The position numbers and the translations under genes are program-made. 64,000 nt of DNA from positions 208 to 64,207 of the forward strand of contig JAYUPB010000090.1 of NCBI GenBank assembly GCA_043760405.1, given 5' to 3'. Every line of letters begins with the position of its first letter. The first letter of the stretch is position 1. Under the pieces are notes generated by a model. It ran no database searches. It was not told the DNA's origin and saw only the letters and a program-made list of their open reading frames with translations. This document shows positions 59,601-64,000 of the stretch, in pieces. Source of the DNA: Sphingomonadales bacterium (GTDB lineage Bacteria > Pseudomonadota > Alphaproteobacteria > Sphingomonadales > Sphingomonadaceae).

Positions 59601-59616
59601 GATAAAACGTTTAACC
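59601..59616. promoter_or_regulatory. LacI-family-type operator, site 7 (GATAAAACGTTTAACC)
   Basis: 12/16 match, in the divergent TonB receptor / PepSY region. It partly overlaps an AATGATAA string that could instead be read as a Fur half-box. Confidence 0.4.
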
Positions 59617-59636
59617 AAAATATGGAGGGATAAATT

Positions 59637-60839
59637 ATGGATGTCAACTGTGTTACTGAATCGCCTGCTTCGAACAGCGAAGCGGCTCCGCATGACATTA
59701 TTGCACGACGCAGTCGACCCAAAGAAATCTGGATCATCTGCCATCGCTGGATTGGCATTATCGCAGGCTTGCCGATTGCGTTGATCGGGCTGTCAGGATC
59801 GCTCATTCTTCTCGCGCCATTGCTTCTGGCGTTACAACATGGTGATCTGCTGGAACGGTCGGGAAAAACCGTCAGGCAGCCAACATCACCTTCCGAATGG
59901 ATCGCTGCAGTGCGCGCGGCGAATACGGACAAACTCGAAATTATCGCGGTTTCGGCACCCAACAGCAGCCCGGTTGCCGCAGATACTGCCTTGATTATCG
60001 GTCATACGCATGAAGGGCCCGATGGCCACCATCACCGGGTCTTTTCAGTCAACCCTGACACCGGACGATTGCTGGGATATTATGACTTCGAAACGGCTTA
60101 CGCCTATATTCCAGTAGCGATCCACACATCGCTTATGATACCAATAATTGGTCTCGATGTCGTTGCAGTGATCGGTTTCATCCTTCTTTTCTCATCCGCT
60201 ACGGGCATCTATCTATGGTGGCCCCGGCCGAAAACCTGGAAAACGGCCTTTCGTTTCAAAATGAGCGCGCGGGGACTTGCTCGCTGGTTTAGTCTGCATA
60301 ATTTTATCGGCCTTTACAGCGCCATCGCGATATTCATACTGTCGGCAACGGGTGTCTGGATACTGAAACCCGAATGGGTCGAACCTGCGATTAAGGTGGC
60401 GACCCCGCTGCGCGGTGCGCCATCGGCGTCCTTGATAGCCAGCAAAGACGCGTGCGCAACATCCACGACAGCCGAAACGGCGCTTAATTTGGCAATCACC
60501 CATTTACCCAATAGTAAATTAGCCTACCTTGTTAGTCCTGAAGAAGATCGCAAATTTTTTGAGATTAACTTTAGCAATACCGACAGTTGGAATGTCCGGG
60601 ATGGTGATACGACCGTCTATGTCGACCCCAACTGCGCAAAGGTAGTCGATACCATAAACGGTGACTCCTTATCGGCAGGCGAGGCTGCAAAGCGCGCCAC
60701 GGTGCCGATGCACAATGGCCTGATGTTCGGAACGACAGGTCAGGTATTCGTCTTTCTTGCAGGACTGGCACTTCCCATCCTTTATGTGTCCGGCCTCATT
60801 TTGTGGTGGCGTCGGCGCAAACAGCGCCGGGCGTCCTAA
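59637..60839 (+). CDS. PepSY-associated TM-helix protein (PiuB-like)
   Basis: 400 aa. HRWIGIIAGLPIALIGLSGS at the N-terminus and HNGLMFG...LPILYVSGLILWWRRR at the C-terminus are typical of this family. Confidence 0.85.
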   Translation: MDVNCVTESPASNSEAAPHDIIARRSRPKEIWIICHRWIGIIAGLPIALIGLSGSLILLAPLLLALQHGDLLERSGKTVRQPTSPSEWIAAVRAANTDKLEIIAVSAPNSSPVAADTALIIGHTHEGPDGHHHRVFSVNPDTGRLLGYYDFETAYAYIPVAIHTSLMIPIIGLDVVAVIGFILLFSSATGIYLWWPRPKTWKTAFRFKMSARGLARWFSLHNFIGLYSAIAIFILSATGVWILKPEWVEPAIKVATPLRGAPSASLIASKDACATSTTAETALNLAITHLPNSKLAYLVSPEEDRKFFEINFSNTDSWNVRDGDTTVYVDPNCAKVVDTINGDSLSAGEAAKRATVPMHNGLMFGTTGQVFVFLAGLALPILYVSGLILWWRRRKQRRAS

Positions 60840-62734
60840 TGTCTGGCCACCCTTCGGTGCTGTTAGTGCCATCTATCCGCAATTTGCTGCTGGTCACTGT
60901 GCTAGCGACCCTTCTGGCTGGTTGTTCGAAGACAGATGTTAAAGATGAAGGTGCATCACGAGAGGCGGAATATGCTAAGCTGTACGATATTGAACCGATG
61001 GAGATATCATCTTTTGACGGCGTCCGCTTAAAGGGCGTATTGATCCGCGAGCACAAGCTTAAGGCGAAACTACCCACTGTGCTCATCCGCACACCCTATT
61101 CAATCTGGGATGATGAAATTGCCGAGTCCGAGGCTTTTGTTAAAGGCTTTTTGAACGCTGGTTATGCCGTCGTTATCCAGAATGAACGCGGAAGGTTCGG
61201 GTCTGGTGGGCGATATACAAAGACGATACCCAATGCGCGCGAAGACGGCATAGCAACATTGGATTGGATCGCGCGCCAGCCCTGGTCTACGGGCCGAGTA
61301 GGCACTTTCGGCTGCTCGTCATCAGCCGAAAACCAGCTCGATCTGGCACTTGCCAGGCATCCCGCCCATGTCGCCATGATACCACGCTCTGCGGCCGTTG
61401 CGATGACGGAGGCGAAGGCGACCAATGTCCGCGAGCCTGGCCAGACGCGGCGCGGCGGTGTTTTCTGGCTTGGAGGATGGGCGTCCTGGTTTTATTATTA
61501 TGGGCAACTGGATCAGGGCGCTTCCGATCCGGTTGGCGATCCAACGCCTGACCAAGACCTCTCCGATAACTGGCCTGATACGTCCAAAGGCTTTCCACAG
61601 ATTGAACTCATGAAACGCCTCGGTGTCCAACCGACCGAGTTTGAGGACTATGTTACCCGTCCGATCCAGTCGGAATCGTGGTCGGACTCGCGCATATCAG
61701 ATCGCGACGACATCAAAATTCCAACATTGTGGATGTCGTCATGGTTTGATTACACCCCTCAGCTGGAAATTGGCGTGTTCGAGGCGAACCGCGCGCGGGC
61801 TGAGGCCCGCCAGACGGGCGATCATAAAATGATCGTTTCATCGGGGCTGCATTGCCAGCAAAGTCTGGAAAACGAAAAGTCACTGGTTGGCGAGCGCGCT
61901 GTCGGCGATGCCAGACTGAATTATGCCCAGCGCGCAGTGGATTGGTTTGACGCGTTTGTGAAAGAAGACGCAGCGGCACTAGCAAAGGTTCGCGCAGCGC
62001 CAGCTATCGTTTACTATGACAATGGCGCACAACGGTGGCTGAGCGGAAAAAGTTGGCCGGTATCAGGTGCCAATCTACGGCTCTGTCTAGATGCTCGCAA
62101 CAACAGCCTTGGTATTTCAGCAACCAGCAACGCCTGTGAAGTGCAATCGGGCACAGCCTCTTACTTGCACGACCCACTACGTCCGGTCCCAACCTTGGGG
62201 GGTGGGGGCTATCCCGAGGATTTAGGAACCAAATATCCCATAGGTGCAGTCAATCAGCAACCGCTTGCCAAGCGATCAGACGTCAAAACCTTCTTGTCGA
62301 CGCCGCTGAAGCAAGATGTTGGGACATATGGAAATGTCGCCCTAACACTCTGGGCTTCCTCCAACGCTCCGGATTTTGATGTGTTCGCAAAGCTCGTCGA
62401 AGTTTTGCCGGATGGCGAGACATTCAACGTCGCTGATACAGCACTGCGCGCCCGCTATCGCAAAGGATATGACACCGGAGTCTGGATGAGGGTCGGCGTG
62501 CCCGAAGAGCTTAAATTGCCAACGATGGTGATCGGCCACACATTCCGTAAAGGCAGCCGGATAGGAATACAGATCGCTTCATCAAACTGGCCACAATTTT
62601 CCATCAATGGCAGCACCAAGAAGCTGCCCGAGTTGGAGAGCAAACCCCAGCTTGCCGAAATCACGCTGTGGACGGGGGGGCGGTTTCCAGCCGTGATAGC
62701 CCTGCCCACCAAACCCAGTGACACGCTAAAGTAA
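60839..62734 (+). CDS. CocE/NonD-family (S15 X-Pro dipeptidyl-peptidase-like) hydrolase, lipoprotein
   Basis: Lipobox LLAGC, an alpha/beta core (TPYSIWDD..., GTFGCSSSAENQ nucleophile region) and a C-terminal jelly-roll domain. A TAATG overlap joins it to the PepSY gene. Confidence 0.85.
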   Translation: MSGHPSVLLVPSIRNLLLVTVLATLLAGCSKTDVKDEGASREAEYAKLYDIEPMEISSFDGVRLKGVLIREHKLKAKLPTVLIRTPYSIWDDEIAESEAFVKGFLNAGYAVVIQNERGRFGSGGRYTKTIPNAREDGIATLDWIARQPWSTGRVGTFGCSSSAENQLDLALARHPAHVAMIPRSAAVAMTEAKATNVREPGQTRRGGVFWLGGWASWFYYYGQLDQGASDPVGDPTPDQDLSDNWPDTSKGFPQIELMKRLGVQPTEFEDYVTRPIQSESWSDSRISDRDDIKIPTLWMSSWFDYTPQLEIGVFEANRARAEARQTGDHKMIVSSGLHCQQSLENEKSLVGERAVGDARLNYAQRAVDWFDAFVKEDAAALAKVRAAPAIVYYDNGAQRWLSGKSWPVSGANLRLCLDARNNSLGISATSNACEVQSGTASYLHDPLRPVPTLGGGGYPEDLGTKYPIGAVNQQPLAKRSDVKTFLSTPLKQDVGTYGNVALTLWASSNAPDFDVFAKLVEVLPDGETFNVADTALRARYRKGYDTGVWMRVGVPEELKLPTMVIGHTFRKGSRIGIQIASSNWPQFSINGSTKKLPELESKPQLAEITLWTGGRFPAVIALPTKPSDTLK

Positions 62735-62791
62735 ACAGAGTTTACCAAGTGTTTGCTTGGCCACACAAATCCAAAATCGGAGAATTTTAAC

Positions 62792-63685
62792 GTGCTTAGA
62801 AATAGCAAAATTATCTTGTCATGTGCGGTCACGGGGAATGCCCCCTTTAACCGTAAACATCCAAATTTTCCCGTGACGCCCGCGCAAATTGCTGCGGCTT
62901 GCGTCGAAGCGGCGGATGCTGGCGCTGTTATCGCTCATATTCACGTCAGGGACCCTGAAACAGGTGGCGGCAGCCGTGATCCAAAGCTGTTCAAGGAAGT
63001 GACTGACCGGCTGCGCGATAGTGGCCGCGATATACTGATAAATCTGACCGGCGGCCTTGGTGCGTTCTACAAGCCCGATCCAGCGAATGACGGTTGCGCG
63101 ATGGCAGGCAGCGACGTCGCGTCAGTTGACGAACGTATGGAGCATCTGGAGCTTTGTCGTCCAGATATTGCATCGTTAGACATCAACACCAGCAACCAGA
63201 CTGAAGGGGGCGAAGAGTTTATCTACATGAATTCCACGCAAACCCTTCGCGCGATGGCGGCGCGGTATCAGGCGCTGGGAATCAAACCCGAACTAGAGGT
63301 GTTCGGGGCAGGTGATATCGAATTTGGTAAGGCGATGGTTGCAGAAGGCATCATCGATGGGCCGCCGATGTTCCAGTTCGTCCTTGGGGTCAATTGGTGC
63401 ATGAAAGCTGAGACGCTCGGTATGTATTATATGAAGCAGTTGCTGCCAACAAACGCCGTATGGGGTGCGCTTGGCATCGGGCGGGAGGAAATGCCCGTCG
63501 TCGCGCAAACTGCAATTCTTGGCGGCAATATCCGTGTTGGTCTTGAAGATAATCTTTACCTTGAAAAGGGCGTTTTTGCAACCAACGGCCAATTGGTGGA
63601 GCGCGCACGCTCAATCGTGGAACAACTGGGTTATGAATGCGCCAGCGTCGCTGAGGCCCGTCAAATTCTGAAGATAGTCGGATGA
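62792..63685 (+). CDS. BKACE-family (DUF849, 3-keto-5-aminohexanoate cleavage-like) enzyme
   Basis: GGAGAA SD then GTG at 62792, with IILSCAVTGNAP...VTPAQIAAACVEAADAGAVIAHIHVRDPETG. Confidence 0.85.
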   Translation: MLRNSKIILSCAVTGNAPFNRKHPNFPVTPAQIAAACVEAADAGAVIAHIHVRDPETGGGSRDPKLFKEVTDRLRDSGRDILINLTGGLGAFYKPDPANDGCAMAGSDVASVDERMEHLELCRPDIASLDINTSNQTEGGEEFIYMNSTQTLRAMAARYQALGIKPELEVFGAGDIEFGKAMVAEGIIDGPPMFQFVLGVNWCMKAETLGMYYMKQLLPTNAVWGALGIGREEMPVVAQTAILGGNIRVGLEDNLYLEKGVFATNGQLVERARSIVEQLGYECASVAEARQILKIVG

Positions 63686-63951
63686 TGGATAAACCACAAT
63701 CCGAACCCGTCTTCATGTTCGACGGGGCTATTGTTGGATATAGCGCGATCATTGCCGCAGGTGCGTCAGTTCCCCCGGGCAAGCAAGTTCCGCCCAACAC
63801 ATTGTGGCTTGGTAGCCCCGGGAAAGTGGCGTGCCCGGCACGGGACGAGGAGCGGGACTATATCACTTACGCTGCCAGCCACTACCGGTCTCGTGTGAAG
63901 CAATATACGCGTAATGGCGCAGGTTTCACGGCAGACCGCAATGACACGTAA
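63682..63951 (+). pseudogene. C-terminal fragment of a gamma-carbonic-anhydrase-like left-handed beta-helix protein
   Basis: GAIVGYSAIIAAGASVPPGKQVPPNTLWLGSPGKVA...EERDYITYAASHY matches only the last 75 or so residues of the family, which is about 175 aa. The N-terminal helix turns and metal-binding His residues are absent. Confidence 0.5.
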
Positions 63952-64000
63952 AAATCCCGCACGGGTCGGATTGATCGGCTTGGGCGAAGTCGGCCAAATC
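63941..64000 (+). CDS. Start of an NAD(P)-binding oxidoreductase (3'-truncated by the window edge)
   Basis: MTRKNPARVGLIGLGEVGQI contains a Rossmann GxGxxG. Only 20 codons are visible. Confidence 0.3.
   Translation, partial: MTRKNPARVGLIGLGEVGQI

Noticed and set aside
59596-59616. Fur box at the TonB receptor / PepSY divergent region
   Set aside because: Only AATGATAA matches the 19-bp Fur consensus and the rest requires an indel. I kept it as an explicit alternative explanation for operator site 7 rather than as a feature.

Overview
This 64-kb chromosomal window looks alphaproteobacterial, probably Sphingomonadales. That placement is an inference from GcrA, a separate F0 atp operon with both b and b' subunits, a PEPxxWA-CTERM protein and a WalW-like deacetylase. 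All family names come from reading the translated ORFs by eye; no database search was run.

Bases 1-26 kb are ordinary core genome: dnaJ 3' end, purB, radC, ydbH-ynbE-ydbL, atpI-B-E-F'-F, uvrC, recO, leuB, metZ, apaG, parE and gcrA.

Bases 26-64 kb are accessory transport and catabolic modules:
- A tightly coupled DUF3604 (PHP-like) / membrane PPIase / extended HupE-UreJ operon.
- A DeoR / Na-solute symporter / TonB receptor / hydrolase / SapC / flavin-halogenase-like locus.
- A NagGH-like Rieske oxygenase plus the gentisate pathway.
- A multi-operon block at about 42.8-63.7 kb.

The last block is the most interesting signal. A 16-bp LacI-type palindrome (AGTAAAACGTTTTACT and close variants) recurs at seven places, six of them in promoter regions. 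It ties the single LacI regulator in the window to the Rieske/gentisate genes, an aldehyde dehydrogenase-FAH-cytochrome c operon and two paralogous periplasmic triple-EF-hand proteins. The same sites also cover three hydrolase families, an enolase-superfamily dehydratase, an MFS transporter and a TonB receptor / PepSY / CocE / BKACE unit.

I saw no rRNA, tRNA, CRISPR array, transposase, integrase or recognisable defence genes. Two gene remnants (an OprB-like porin fragment and a gamma-carbonic-anhydrase-like C-terminal fragment) mark module junctions.
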